Below are positions 1 through 10,541 of a DNA stretch of 64,000 nt, piece after piece (the stretch's first letter is position 1; each line of letters starts with the position of its first letter). The notes under the pieces were generated by a model. The model was not told the DNA's origin, did no database searches, and saw nothing but the letters and a program-made list of their open reading frames with translations. The stretch is from contig CAWBNZ010000018.1 of NCBI GenBank assembly GCA_963790235.1, positions 47,060 through 111,059 on the forward strand, in the 5' to 3' direction. This stretch comes from an uncultured Actinomycetota bacterium (GTDB lineage Bacteria > Actinomycetota > Actinomycetes > Actinomycetales > Microbacteriaceae). The translations under genes were made by a program, and so were the position numbers.

Positions 1-360
1 CTCGACGAAGACGAAGCTCACACGCTCGCCGAACTCCTCGGCGGCACGCGCATCACCGAGTCGCTCTCGCGCCTCGACCAGATCCCCGGACTGTCGATCG
101 ACTGGTTCTCGGTGGACTACGACGATGCGATCGCCGGCCAGAAGCTCGGCCAGCTCGCCGGCAGCGGCGTCGTCGGCCTCACCGTGGTGGCCGTCGTCCG
201 CGGCGACCAGGCCAACCCGGCGCCCGCCGATGACTTCACCGTCTTTCCTGGCGACACCCTCGTGGTCGCAGGCTCACCCGAGAAGGTCGCCAAGGCCTTC
301 GCGTGGTTGCGCACGGGCGAAATCAAGAAGGTGTCCGCCGAGTCTCCGCCGGGTGGCTGA
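1..360 (+). CDS. khtT: K+/H+ antiporter regulatory subunit (KhtT-like, TrkA-C/RCK_C domain), 5' truncated by window
   Basis: Frame 1 open from base 1: LDEDEAHTLAELLGG...TVVAVVRGDQANPAPADDFTVFPGDTLVVAGSPE; directly upstream of a CPA2 antiporter. Confidence 0.8.
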   Translation, partial: LDEDEAHTLAELLGGTRITESLSRLDQIPGLSIDWFSVDYDDAIAGQKLGQLAGSGVVGLTVVAVVRGDQANPAPADDFTVFPGDTLVVAGSPEKVAKAFAWLRTGEIKKVSAESPPGG

Positions 361-362
361 CC

Positions 363-1757
363 ATGCACGTCGGTGAAGAACTCGTCGTCCTGGGAATCCT
401 GTTCCTCATCGCCTACGTGCTCGGGCGGCTCGGCAAGGTCATCGGCCTGCCGACCATCCCGATCTACATGCTCGTCGGGTTCGTCGCCAGCCCGAACACC
501 GAATGGTTCCCGCTCGACTTCATCGCCTCCGATGTCGAGCTCATCGCGGTCTTCGGACTGATCTTCCTGCTGTTCAGCCTCGGACTCGAGTTCGACCAGG
601 ACGAGTTCTACGGCAACATCGGCAAGCTGCTGCTCTCGGGTGGCACGCGCATCCTCATCAACATGACGACCGGCTTCATCTTCGGCATGTTCGTGGGATG
701 GGGCACCCGGGAGGCGCTCATCATCGCGGGGATGACCGCGATGTCGTCGAGCGCGATCATCACGAAGCTGCTCATCGAGCTCCGACGCCTTCCCAACCGG
801 GAGACGCCGATGATCCTCGGCGTCATGGTGCTCGAGGATGTCTTCATCGCGGTCTACCTCGCGATCGTGTCGGTCATCCTCGGCGGCCAGACCGACCTGT
901 GGGCGATCGTCTCCCAGCTCGCGATCGCGTTCGGCTTCCTCATTGCGATGTTCGCGCTCGCGCGCTGGGGCGGCAAGCTCATCTCGAGGCTCATCCAGAC
1001 CAAGGACGACGAGCTCTTCACCATCCTGTTCTTCAGCCTTGCGATCGGCTTCGGTGGCGTCGGCGAGCTGCTCGGTGTGTCCGATGCGATCGGGGCCTTC
1101 GTCATCGGGCTCGTGCTGGGCGCTACTCGGTTCCGCTCGCGGATCGAGCAGTTCGCACTGCCGCTGCGTGATGTGTTCGGCGCGTTCTTCTTCCTCAACT
1201 TCGGCCTCGCCCTCAACGTGTCGACGTTCGGCAGCGTGATCGTTCCCGTGCTCGCGGCGGTCGTCATGACCCTCGTGGTGAACACCCTTGGCGGGCAGCT
1301 CATCGCACGCCTCAACGGATTCACACCAGCGCAGGGCCTCTCGGTCAGCGTCATGCTGCAGACCCGGGGGGAGTTCGCGCTCATCCTCGCGACCCTGGCC
1401 GCTGCATCCGGGCTCGACCCGCGCATCGTGCCGTTCGCGGGCCTCTACGTGCTCATCATGGCCGTGATCGCCCCGACGCTCGCCGTCAACTCCGAGAAGA
1501 TCGGTGCGGCAGTGTTCGCGCCGAAGAAGACCGTGAGCCCCGCGGAACTCGAGGTGCAGCGAGAGCGAGCTCGCGAGCGCGACGAGGGAATCGCCCTCGT
1601 CGAAGCCGCCCTCACCGGCGCCGTGCCGACCGAGCGCGAGTCCGTCTCGCTCGAGCCCGTGCCAGACCTCGAGTTCGATGAGGTCGACGAGGCGGCACGC
1701 CAGGCTGCGGCGCAGTCCGACGAGCTGTCCGAACGTCGACGCGACCCGGAGTATTGA
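363..1757 (+). CDS. Cation:proton antiporter, CPA2 family (KhtU-like)
   Basis: Highly hydrophobic; LFSLGLEF, SSSAII, EDV and RGEFALILA motifs; ATG at 363 just after the khtT stop. Confidence 0.9.
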   Translation: MHVGEELVVLGILFLIAYVLGRLGKVIGLPTIPIYMLVGFVASPNTEWFPLDFIASDVELIAVFGLIFLLFSLGLEFDQDEFYGNIGKLLLSGGTRILINMTTGFIFGMFVGWGTREALIIAGMTAMSSSAIITKLLIELRRLPNRETPMILGVMVLEDVFIAVYLAIVSVILGGQTDLWAIVSQLAIAFGFLIAMFALARWGGKLISRLIQTKDDELFTILFFSLAIGFGGVGELLGVSDAIGAFVIGLVLGATRFRSRIEQFALPLRDVFGAFFFLNFGLALNVSTFGSVIVPVLAAVVMTLVVNTLGGQLIARLNGFTPAQGLSVSVMLQTRGEFALILATLAAASGLDPRIVPFAGLYVLIMAVIAPTLAVNSEKIGAAVFAPKKTVSPAELEVQRERARERDEGIALVEAALTGAVPTERESVSLEPVPDLEFDEVDEAARQAAAQSDELSERRRDPEY

Positions 1758-2602
1758 TGATCGACAGCGCGAGTACCGGCCCCACCAGCGGGCCGACCAT
1801 GTTCGAGATCGCTCGCCGGCCCAAGTGGATTGGCGCGCTGCTGCTTGCCCTCGCGATCGCCGGCGGGTTTGCCGCGCTCGGCCAGTGGCAGCTTGAGCGC
1901 AGCCTCGAGGGTGGCGCGGTCACGGAGACCGAGTCGGAGGTGGCGGTGCCGCTCGAGACCGTGGCGACGATCAACGGACCGCTCACGACGGAAGCGGTCG
2001 GGCAGCTGGTCGAACTCGATGTGACGTACGTGCCGGGTGATTCCGTCGTCCTCTCCAACCGGCTCGTCGAGTCCGAGCGGGGGTACTGGGTGGTCGCGCA
2101 CGGCGTGGTGTCGGGCGGAGCCGGCGACGGCGCGAGCATCGCCGTTGCACTCGGGTGGGCTGCGCACGAGGATGCCGCGGCGGCCGCGATCGCGCAGTTC
2201 GAGTCATCCACCCCATCGCAGTCCTCGCCGATCAGTGGCCGCTACCTCGCGAGCGAGTCGCCGCAGGAATCGGACTTCGAGGCCGGTGTGCGCACCGCGC
2301 TCTCGATCGCTGAACTCATCAACGTGTGGGCCGTTGCGCCCGACGGCGTGTACGGCGGCTATGTCGTGCTCGATGAGGCTCCCGCAGGGCTCGAGACGAT
2401 CGCGACGCCGCCGCCGAACCGCGAGGTCTCACTGAATCTGCTCAACGTGTTCTACGCGATCGAATGGGTGATCTTCGCGGGGTTCGCGGTGTTCCTCTGG
2501 TGGCGCCTCGTGCGCGACGAGTGGGAGAAGGAGCGCGGCGTGCGGGATGCCCGCGGCCCGGAGCGGGCCGAGCGTTCGACCGCGCGAGCGACCGTAGACT
2601 AG
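1754..2602 (+). CDS. SURF1 family membrane protein
   Basis: N-terminal TM followed by LGQWQLER, GYWVV, C-terminal NVFYAIEWVIFAGF. Confidence 0.85.
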   Translation: MMIDSASTGPTSGPTMFEIARRPKWIGALLLALAIAGGFAALGQWQLERSLEGGAVTETESEVAVPLETVATINGPLTTEAVGQLVELDVTYVPGDSVVLSNRLVESERGYWVVAHGVVSGGAGDGASIAVALGWAAHEDAAAAAIAQFESSTPSQSSPISGRYLASESPQESDFEAGVRTALSIAELINVWAVAPDGVYGGYVVLDEAPAGLETIATPPPNREVSLNLLNVFYAIEWVIFAGFAVFLWWRLVRDEWEKERGVRDARGPERAERSTARATVD

Positions 2603-2606
2603 AGGC

Positions 2607-3047
2607 ATGCGGACGGCGGACATTCCAAGAGTCCGGACAACGCTCGCCGGGTTCAAGGTCTCTGCGATCGTCACGGGCGTCTTCCTGCTGCTGCTCGTCG
2701 TGATGATGATCTGCCGGTACGGTCTCGGCGCCGACATCGAGCTCGGCGGCCCCGACGGATTCCTCGCCCTGACGCCTCGGGAGCTCATCACTGGCGTCAA
2801 CCTGTCCACGATCATCCTCATCGTGCACGGCTGGCTCTATGTGGCATACCTCGGACTGAACTTCATCCTGTGGCGGCTCGTGCGCTGGTCGTTCGCGAAC
2901 TTCCTGTTCATCTCGCTCGGCGGCGTCGTGCCCGGGCTGTCGTTCTACCTCGAGCGCCGCGTGCCCCGCGATGTCGAGGCCGAGATCGCACGAGCCCAAT
3001 CCGAGAACGCACCGACCGCGAAGGTCGACGAAGGAGCAACGGCGTGA
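2607..3047 (+). CDS. DUF3817 family membrane protein
   Basis: [11 protein letters not shown] ... HGWLYVAY ... [12 protein letters not shown]; usual position between SURF1 and guaA. Confidence 0.8.
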   Translation: MRTADIPRVRTTLAGFKVSAIVTGVFLLLLVVMMICRYGLGADIELGGPDGFLALTPRELITGVNLSTIILIVHGWLYVAYLGLNFILWRLVRWSFANFLFISLGGVVPGLSFYLERRVPRDVEAEIARAQSENAPTAKVDEGATA

Positions 3048-4618
3048 CCGCTGGCAGTGGAGAGCATCCCGTCCTGGTCGTCGACTTCGGAGCGCAGTAC
3101 GCGCAACTCATCGCCCGCCGCGTGCGCGAGGCCAACGTCTACAGCGAGATCGTGCCGCACACGATCACGGCGGCCGAAGTTGCCGCGAAGAATCCCGCGG
3201 GCATCGTGCTCAGCGGCGGACCTTCCAGTGTGTACGAGGCGGGGTCGCCGACGCTCGATCCGGGCATCCTCGAGCTCGGTGTGCCCGTGCTCGGCATCTG
3301 CTACGGGTTCCAGGTGATGGCGCAGCAGCTCGGCGGCGAAGTCGCGAACACCGGACTGCGCGAGTACGGCTCCACGGCCGTGACGGTCGCCGACGGCGGC
3401 ACCCTGCTCGCCGGGCAGCCCGACGACCAGACCGCATGGATGAGCCACGGGGACTCAGTGTCGAAAGCTCCAGAGGGTTTCGACGTGCTCGCGAGCAGCG
3501 CCTCCACCCCCGTTGCGGCGTTCGAGAACCGGGAACGCAGGATGTTCGGGCTGCAGTGGCATCCAGAGGTCAAGCACTCGGAGTTCGGGCAGCGCGTCAT
3601 CGAGAACTTCCTGCACGTCGGTGCGGGCATCCCCGCCGACTGGAACAGCGGCAACGTGATCGCGGAGCAGGTCGAGCGCATCCGCGCCCAGGTCGGCGAC
3701 GCTCGCGTGATCTGCGGACTGTCCGGCGGCGTCGACTCCGCGGTCGCCGCGGCGATCGTGCACAAGGCGGTCGGCGACCAGCTCACCTGCATCTTCGTCG
3801 ACCACGGACTGCTGCGACAGGATGAGCGCCGCCAGGTCGAAGAGGACTACGTCGCCTCCACGGGCGTGCGCCTCGTCACCGTGGACGCCGTCGACCAGTT
3901 CCTCGACGCGCTCGCGGGCGTCACGGATCCTGAAGCCAAGCGCAAGATCATCGGCCGCGAGTTCATCCGGTCGTTCGAGAACGCCGCCGAGGCCCTGGTG
4001 CTCGAGGCGCAGGGCGAGGGCGAGCAGATCAAGTTCCTCGTGCAGGGCACGCTCTACCCGGATGTCGTCGAGAGCGGCGGCGGAACCGGCACCGCGAACA
4101 TCAAGAGCCACCACAACGTCGGCGGACTGCCAGAAGACCTCACGTTCGACCTCGTCGAGCCGCTGCGCACCCTGTTCAAGGATGAGGTGCGCGCGATCGG
4201 CCGCGAGCTGGGACTGCCGGAGGTGATCGTCGGCCGGCAGCCGTTTCCGGGGCCAGGACTTGGGATCCGCATCGTGGGTGAGGTCACCCGTGATCGTCTC
4301 GAGCTGCTCCGCAAGGCGGACGCGATCGCCCGCGCCGAACTGACCGCCGCCGGCCTCGACGGCGAGATCTGGCAGTGCCCGGTCGTGCTGCTCGCCGACG
4401 TGCGCTCGGTGGGAGTGCAGGGGGATGGGCGCACCTACGGCCACCCGATCGTGTTGCGCCCGGTGTCGTCGGAAGACGCGATGACGGCAGACTGGACGCG
4501 GTTGCCGTACGACGTGCTCGCGAAGATCTCGAACCGGATCACGAACGAGGTGCCGGGGGTGAACCGGGTCGTGCTCGACGTGACGTCGAAGCCGCCGGGG
4601 ACCATCGAATGGGAGTAG
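3044..4618 (+). CDS. guaA: GMP synthase (glutamine-hydrolysing)
   Basis: [58 protein letters not shown]; GTG start overlaps upstream TGA. Confidence 0.98.
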   Translation: MTAGSGEHPVLVVDFGAQYAQLIARRVREANVYSEIVPHTITAAEVAAKNPAGIVLSGGPSSVYEAGSPTLDPGILELGVPVLGICYGFQVMAQQLGGEVANTGLREYGSTAVTVADGGTLLAGQPDDQTAWMSHGDSVSKAPEGFDVLASSASTPVAAFENRERRMFGLQWHPEVKHSEFGQRVIENFLHVGAGIPADWNSGNVIAEQVERIRAQVGDARVICGLSGGVDSAVAAAIVHKAVGDQLTCIFVDHGLLRQDERRQVEEDYVASTGVRLVTVDAVDQFLDALAGVTDPEAKRKIIGREFIRSFENAAEALVLEAQGEGEQIKFLVQGTLYPDVVESGGGTGTANIKSHHNVGGLPEDLTFDLVEPLRTLFKDEVRAIGRELGLPEVIVGRQPFPGPGLGIRIVGEVTRDRLELLRKADAIARAELTAAGLDGEIWQCPVVLLADVRSVGVQGDGRTYGHPIVLRPVSSEDAMTADWTRLPYDVLAKISNRITNEVPGVNRVVLDVTSKPPGTIEWE

Positions 4619-4682
4619 CTCGCTGAGTCTTGGCGCTCTCCGCGTCGGCTCGCTCCCGGGGCATCTCCCTCCAGCTCAAACA

Positions 4683-4723
4683 TCGTGTCGGATGACAGCC
4701 CTTCGGGCCATCATCCGACACGA
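4683..4723. terminator. Strong hairpin between convergent guaA and SRPBCC genes (bidirectional terminator or REP-like)
   Basis: TCGTGTCGGATGA-CAGCCCTTCGGGCCA-TCATCCGACACGA, 13-bp perfect arms with a C(TTCG)G-type loop. Confidence 0.6.
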
Positions 4724-4792
4724 AACTCGCGAGTCGCGAGACACCCCGTGCGCGCCCCGGCGCCGATCGCGTCAAGCCTCGCTTCGTCGCCC

Positions 4793-5284
4793 TCAGACCA
4801 CCGCAGCGTCGCGCTTGGCTCGGGCGGCGTTGACGGCGTCCTCGCCCTCGAAGGAGTTGGGGGCGCCGGCGCCTGCGGTGATGTGGTTCTGCAGGCTGCC
4901 GACGATGTACTCGCCCCAGGCCAGGTCGCACACCTCGAAGCACTCGACCTGCGGGGTCAGCCCACGGTGCGTGAAGCGCACTTCAGTGCCCCCGTCCACC
5001 TCCATGAGGTCGAATTCGACCGTGGTGCCGGTCCACTCCTGCTTGTCCTCCAGGAAGCTCAGCTCGCTGTCGGTCACCAGCCACGCGATCCGCTTACCCG
5101 GAACGAGCTCGGTCGTGCGGAACTTGCTGAAGTGGATGTCGGGAACGAAGTACACCCATTCCCCACCGACGACATCGTTCCGTCCCACCAGTCCACCCCA
5201 CCACGCGCGGACATCGTTGATCGCCTCAAACACCCGCTCCGGGCTCGCCGCCACTGTGAAGCTCTTACTCAAGTCACTGCTCAT
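4793..5284 (-). CDS. SRPBCC/AHSA1 (START-like) domain protein
   Basis: FTVAASPERVFEAI...WW...ELVPGKRIAW.V...EWTGT.VEFDL...TEVRFTH.GL.P..ECFEVC..AW; GAGGAG SD precedes ATG 5284. Confidence 0.88.
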   Translation of the reverse strand: MSSDLSKSFTVAASPERVFEAINDVRAWWGGLVGRNDVVGGEWVYFVPDIHFSKFRTTELVPGKRIAWLVTDSELSFLEDKQEWTGTTVEFDLMEVDGGTEVRFTHRGLTPQVECFEVCDLAWGEYIVGSLQNHITAGAGAPNSFEGEDAVNAARAKRDAAVV

Positions 5285-5319
5285 CGTTGTCTCCTCGTCA
5301 CTCATCGACTGATTGCCAA

Positions 5320-5372
5320 GTGCAACTCAATGATTGCACGACTAGGCGATGAACAGCAACTCAGGAGTTGCA
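5320..5372. promoter_or_regulatory. Two tandem TGCAAC-N6-(G/A)TTGCA palindromic operators upstream of the SRPBCC gene
   Basis: GTGCAACTCAATGATTGCAC (5320-5339) and AGCAACTCAGGAGTTGCA (5355-5372). Confidence 0.6.
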
Positions 5373-5391
5373 GATACATCGCTTCGCGAGG

Positions 5392-5501
5392 GGGAGGGGT
5401 GTTGCTCGACTTGCGAGTTTCAACGAAGAAGGCGGGACAGTCCGTAGGGACCGATCCCGCCTTCTTCGTTGATGTCTGAGCTGGAGAGCTACACCCCTCC
5501 C
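5392..5501 (-). terminator. Nested double inverted repeat downstream of the Bax-inhibitor gene
   Basis: Inner 18-bp perfect IR TCAACGAAGAAGGCGGGA (5420-5437)/5455-5472; outer 16-bp IR 5392-5407/5486-5501 with one mismatch. Confidence 0.7.
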
Positions 5502-5523
5502 GCTCAGCGCACCACGTGAGTGC

Positions 5524-6331
5524 TTACTGCCGGAACAACGAGATCATCCGCAGGATCTCGAGGTACAGCCAGACAATCGTCAGCACGAGCCCGAAGACCG
5601 CGCGCCAGGCGTAGTTGCGGGGGGCACCGGCATCCACACCGCGCTTGATGTCCGTGAAGTCCATGACGAGCGAGTACGCCGCCATCAGGATCACGAGCGG
5701 GCCGATGAGGAGGCCGAGCGGGATGCCGAAGATCGGCTGGCTGCGAAGGCCCCACGGGTCATCGTTCGCGCCGCTGACCATGAGTACGAGGTTGACGACC
5801 GAGAACAGTGCGTACGCGATGCCGGCGATGATGAACACCTTCGTCGCGCGCTTGGACTCGCGCACCTTGCCAGCGCGGAACAGCACGAGCGTGATGCCAA
5901 ACACGAGCGCGGTGCCCGTGAGCGCCTGCAGCACGATTCCGGGCTGGTTCATCGTGATCTCGACAAGGGAGGAGATCGCGCCGACGAAGAGTCCCTCGAA
6001 GAAGGCGAAGGCGATCACGAGCGGCGCCGACGGGTTGCGCTTGAAGATGTTGACGAACGCGAGCACGAGGCCGACGAGCGCGCCGATCATGCCGAGGATC
6101 GGGTCGAACCAACCGATCACGGCGCCGATCAGCACGACACCGAGCGTGATGCGCCGTCTTCATGATCACGTCGTCGTAGCTCATGCGCTCGGTCTCGACC
6201 GGACCGGCCGAGGCGCGCGAGTACAGCTCCTGCAGCTGCTGCGGGGTCATGTTCTGCTGCTGCTCGGCGGTCGGCGCCGGCGGCGGTGCAGGTGCGAAGG
6301 CGTTCTTGCCGAACGCTGGGTTGAAGGCCAT
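5524..6331 (-). CDS. Bax inhibitor-1/YccA family membrane protein (one frameshift near 6155)
   Basis: MAFNPAF...MSYDDVIMKT joins ORF 5524-6135 ending AWRAVFGLVLTIVWLYLEILRMIS; GGAGA SD. Confidence 0.88.
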
Positions 6332-6393
6332 TGCAGTCTCCGTTTCGGCCACCCGTGTCGATCTGACTGCGATGGCCATCGTGTGCGACCAGA

Positions 6394-6901
6394 TTACCTG
6401 AAGTGTTCCTCGGGTTCGCTGGGTATCGGTGCGCTCTGGGCGATCAACCACGCGACCCACGCCGAGCCGACGACGACGGCGAGCGCGCTCGGCAGCGCGA
6501 TCGGCATGAAGGTGTACTCCGTGCCCAAGCTGCGGAATGAGGATGCCGGCGGCAAGCGGGAACAGCACCGCCACGAACGAGCGCCACGGCCGGTGCCGCA
6601 CCACGAGCCAGGCCACGAATGGGAGCACGAGCGTCCACATCGCCGGGGGGCCGATGAGCAGCAGCCAGATCTGCGCGGTGCCGACGACGGCGCCGAGCAC
6701 GCGGCGCCATCCAGCGGCCGGAAGGATCGCCCAGCCCGTCGCATGCAGCACCGTTCCCGCGAGCAGCAACGGCAGCACGCGCGGGTTGCCGCCCTGCAGG
6801 CCGAGGCCGCCCGCGACGATCATGGCGAGCCCAAGCACGTACCGGTCGAGGTAGCCGCCCCAACGCAGCGGCAGCAGTCGCGTCGGCTCGGGGGTGCGCA
6901 T
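6394..6901 (-). CDS. Hypothetical integral membrane protein (frameshift near 6520)
   Basis: Hydrophobic helices MRTPEPTRLLPLRWGGYLDRYVLGLAMIVAGG... continuing in another frame as EYTFMPIALPSALAVVVGSAWVAWL. Confidence 0.6.
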
Positions 6902-6944
6902 GGAGTGATCGTATTGCTCCAGCGCGTACGCCTAGCCTTGTCTC

Positions 6945-8117
6945 GTGGAGCGTCCCCTCGTCATCGGGCATCGCGGTGCCAGCGGATACCGTCCGGAGCA
7001 CACTCGAGCCGCCTACGAGCTCGCGTTCGCGCTCGGCGCCGACGCGGTCGAGCCCGACATCGTGGCGACGAAGGATGGTGTGCTCGTGCTGCGCCACGAG
7101 AACGAGATCTCGGGAACGACGGACGTCGCATCCCGCCCCGAATTCGCCGCGCGCCGCACGACGAAGGTGATCGACGGCGACGAGCTCACCGGCTGGTTCA
7201 CCGAGGACTTCACGTGGGCGGAGCTCTCGACGCTGCGGGCGATCGAGCGGCTGCCGGCGGTGCGTCCGAACAGCGTGACCTTCGACGGGATGCAGCCGGT
7301 GCTGCGGTTGCGCGATCTGATGGACATCATCGACGCGGCATCCATCGCGCAGGGTCGTCAGCTGATCATGGTGGCCGAGATCAAGCACGCGACGTACTTC
7401 GCGTCGATCGGACTGCCGCTCGACGAGCTGTTCGCGGCCGAGATGGCGGGGTGGGCGACGCCCGAGAATCTCATCACCGAGTCGTTCGAGCAGACCGTGC
7501 TCATGCAGGTGCGCGAGCGCGGGGTGCCGGGGCGGATCGTGTTCCTCGCCGAGTCGTCGGGGTCGCCCGCGGACCTCGTCGCGCGGCTGGGGCGCCGCGC
7601 CATCCCGTACTCGGCGCACCTCACCAACGCCGGGCTCGCCCGCCTCGCGGACGACGGCGTCGACGGCGTCTCAGTCGACAAGACTCTCCTGCTGCGATTG
7701 GATGCGAGGGGCACCCTCCTCGGCACGACCGACCTGGTCGACCGCGCCCACGCCGCCGGCCTCGAAGTCTTCACGTGGACCCTTCGGGCGGAGAACCGTT
7801 TCCTCGCAGCGAACCTGCGTCGCGGCCGCTCCCCCCGCGACTACGGCAACTGGTCGACCGAGTTCGACCTGCTGCTGGGTTCCGGGCTCGACGGGGTGTT
7901 CGCCGACCAGCCGGACCTGGTGCTGGCGTGCTGGCCCTGGCGATCGAGGCCCCGAGTGATCACCGGACGGTTCGTCCCAGCGCCGAGGCCGACGGCACCG
8001 GCTGGGCCGGGAGGCATGTCGGTCGGCCTGGAAGCCGCCGACCCGCACCTCGTCGGGTGGCCGCACCGACAACGCCCTGCCGCCGGCCTGAGCGGCACCG
8101 TCACACCCCGCCCGTAG
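6945..8117 (+). CDS. Glycerophosphodiester phosphodiesterase (GDPD); true end probably earlier, near 7950 (likely frameshift)
   Basis: PLVIGHRGASGYRPEHT, EPDIVATKDG, RHENEI..TTDV, EIKH, DGVFADQPD. Confidence 0.92.
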   Translation: MERPLVIGHRGASGYRPEHTRAAYELAFALGADAVEPDIVATKDGVLVLRHENEISGTTDVASRPEFAARRTTKVIDGDELTGWFTEDFTWAELSTLRAIERLPAVRPNSVTFDGMQPVLRLRDLMDIIDAASIAQGRQLIMVAEIKHATYFASIGLPLDELFAAEMAGWATPENLITESFEQTVLMQVRERGVPGRIVFLAESSGSPADLVARLGRRAIPYSAHLTNAGLARLADDGVDGVSVDKTLLLRLDARGTLLGTTDLVDRAHAAGLEVFTWTLRAENRFLAANLRRGRSPRDYGNWSTEFDLLLGSGLDGVFADQPDLVLACWPWRSRPRVITGRFVPAPRPTAPAGPGGMSVGLEAADPHLVGWPHRQRPAAGLSGTVTPRP

Positions 8118-8120
8118 ACT
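8099..8120 (+). promoter_or_regulatory. Candidate RecA-NDp/PafBC-type promoter of pcrA
   Basis: CGTCAC-N10-TAGACT, similar to the TGTCGG-N10-TANNNT consensus, 9 nt before ATG 8130. Confidence 0.4.
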
Positions 8121-8129
8121 TGATCGGTC

Positions 8130-10534
8130 ATGAAGGTACTCGACGGGTCGGAAGGCAGCAGACGCATCGTCGCGCGTCGATCCCGAACTGCTCGCGGGCC
8201 TCAACCCGCAGCAGCGCGAGGCCGTGCTCTACCGCGGGCAGTCCCTGCTCATCGTCGCTGGGGCGGGCTCCGGCAAGACGAGCGTGCTCACCCGGCGCAT
8301 CGCCGGACTGCTGCAGGCGCGGGATGCCTGGCCGAGCCAGATCCTCGCGATCACGTTCACGAACAAGGCCGCGGGCGAGATGCGCGAGCGCGTGCAGCAC
8401 CTCGTCGGGGATGCGACCGACGGCATGTGGATCTCGACGTTCCACTCGGCGTGCGTGCGCATCCTGCGCCGCGAGGCCGAGGCGTTCGGCTTCACGAAGA
8501 GCTTCACGATCTACGACAGCGCCGACAGCCGGGCGCTCATCAAGCGCATCATCAAAGACCTGGATGCCGACGCCTACGGCTTCACCGTGTCATCCACGAT
8601 GGGCAGGATCTCGAAGGCGAAGAACGAGCTGCAGGATCTCGAGGCGTACGCGCGCAACGCCGACTTCAACGATCCGAAGGAGGCCGTGTTCGTCGAGATC
8701 TTCCGCCAGTACACGCGCGGGCTCCAGCAGGCGAATGCCTTCGACTTCGACGACCTGATCGGGCAGACGGTCTACCTGTTCCGCGCGTTCCCGAAGGTCG
8801 CGGCGCTGTACCAGCGGCGGTTCCGCCACATCCTGGTCGACGAGTACCAGGACACGAACCACGCGCAGTACGCGCTCATCCGCGAGCTGACCCGCCCGGT
8901 GCCTGCCGACCTCGCTGAGGACCTCGAGGCCGACAACGCGCTGGCCCGCTCGCTGCGCGGTCCCGACGGCGGCATCCCCGGCGCGAGTCTCACGGTGGTC
9001 GGCGACAGCGACCAGTCGATCTATGCGTTCCGCGGCGCCGACATCCGCAACATCGTCGAGTTCGAGCGCGACTTCCCGAACTCGAAGGTCATCCTGCTCG
9101 AGCAGAACTACCGGTCGACGCAGAACATCCTGGATGCCGCGAACTCGGTGATCAGCAACAACTTCGACCGCAAGGACAAGAAGCTGTTCACCACGATCGG
9201 CTCCGGCGAGAAGATCCTGGGATACACCGGCTACTCCGGCCACGACGAGGCCCAGTTCATCGCCGACGAGATCACGAAGCTGCGCGACAGCGGCGTCGCG
9301 TACAGCGACATCGCGGTGTTCTACCGCACGAACTCGCAGACGCAGACCGATCGAGGACATCTTCATCCGCTCGGCCCTGCCCTACAAGGTGCTCGGCGGC
9401 ACCAAGTTCTACGAGCGGGCCGAGATCAAGGATGCGATGGCGTACCTCATCACGGTCGCCAACCCCGCAGACCCGATGGCCCTGCGCCGCATCATGAACG
9501 TGCCCCGCCGCGGCATCGGCCCCGCCACCGAGGCCGCGATGCAGGGCTTCGCGGACGACCACGGCATCACCCTCCGGGAGGCGATGCGGCACGTGGATGA
9601 GCTGGGTCTCGGTCCGAAGTTGACGGCCGCGATCACCCAGCTCACGACGGATCTCGACGAGGTGCTCGAGATGTCGAACCCCGAGCGGCCCACGGGGGCG
9701 GCGTCGGCAGCCGACATCCTGATCGAACTCATGAAGCGCACCGGGTATGTGGATGCCCTGCGCGCGTCCCGCGACCCGCAAGACGAGGCGCGCGCCGAGA
9801 ACGTGGACGAGCTCATCGCCGTGACGAAGGAGTTCCAGCGCAACAACCCCGGCGGCACCCTGCTCGACTTCCTCACCGAGGTCGCGCTCGTCGCGGCGAC
9901 GGACGAGATCGAGGACTCGAGCGGCACGATCTCGCTCATGACGCTGCACACCGCGAAGGGCCTCGAGTACGACTCGGTGTTCCTCGCGGGCGTCGAGGAG
10001 GACCTGCTGCCGCACCGGATGTCGGCGAACGAGCCCGGCGGCCCGGCCGAGGAGCGCCGCCTGTTCTACGTGGGCATCACGCGCGCGAAGCGGCGCCTGT
10101 TCATCTCGCTCGCGATGACGCGCGCGTCGTTCGGCGAACTCACGGTCGCCGCGCCGAGCCGCTACCTCTCCGAGATCCCCGAGGGGCTCATCGAGTGGCG
10201 GCAGTCGCAGGGCGGTCGCGGCGGGTTCACGCGGCCGCGCCAGCTCAACACCCGCGGTGACGGCGGCTGGGCGAAGTCGATGCGGGATGTCGCGGCGCTG
10301 CCACCCGCCCCACCGCGCACCAAGACCGAGTGGACGAGCCAGGTCACGGCCGTCGTGCGCGACAACGGCGACCTGACGCTCGAGGCGGGGCAGCGCATCC
10401 GGCACACCGACTTCGGCGAGGGCAGGGTGACCGCGGTCACCGGCGAGGGTGCCAAGCGCGTCGCCGAGGTGCAGTTCGACACCGCCGGCCGCAAGCGGCT
10501 GCTGATCAAGATCGCACCCATTGAAGTCATCTAA
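8130..10534 (+). CDS. pcrA: ATP-dependent DNA helicase PcrA/UvrD1 (frameshifts near 8140-8160 and 9345)
   Basis: LNPQQREAV, AGAGSGKT, ILAITFTNKAA, DEYQDTN, VVGDSDQSIYAFRGA, LEQNYRST, MTLHTAKGLE, EERRLFYVGITRA, C-terminal Tudor-like domain. Confidence 0.95.
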
Positions 10535-10541
10535 CGCAGCT

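Noticed and set aside
4685-5479. Plus-strand ORFs 4685-5479 and 4692-5312
   Set aside because: Antisense to the well-supported SRPBCC gene
5615-8758. 1047-aa ORF, and similar long ORFs at 21364-23544, 23821-26391, 27462-30086, 49431-52511
   Set aside because: Arg/Ala/Pro-rich shadow frames of real genes in high-GC DNA; no recognisable domains beyond short frameshifted pieces
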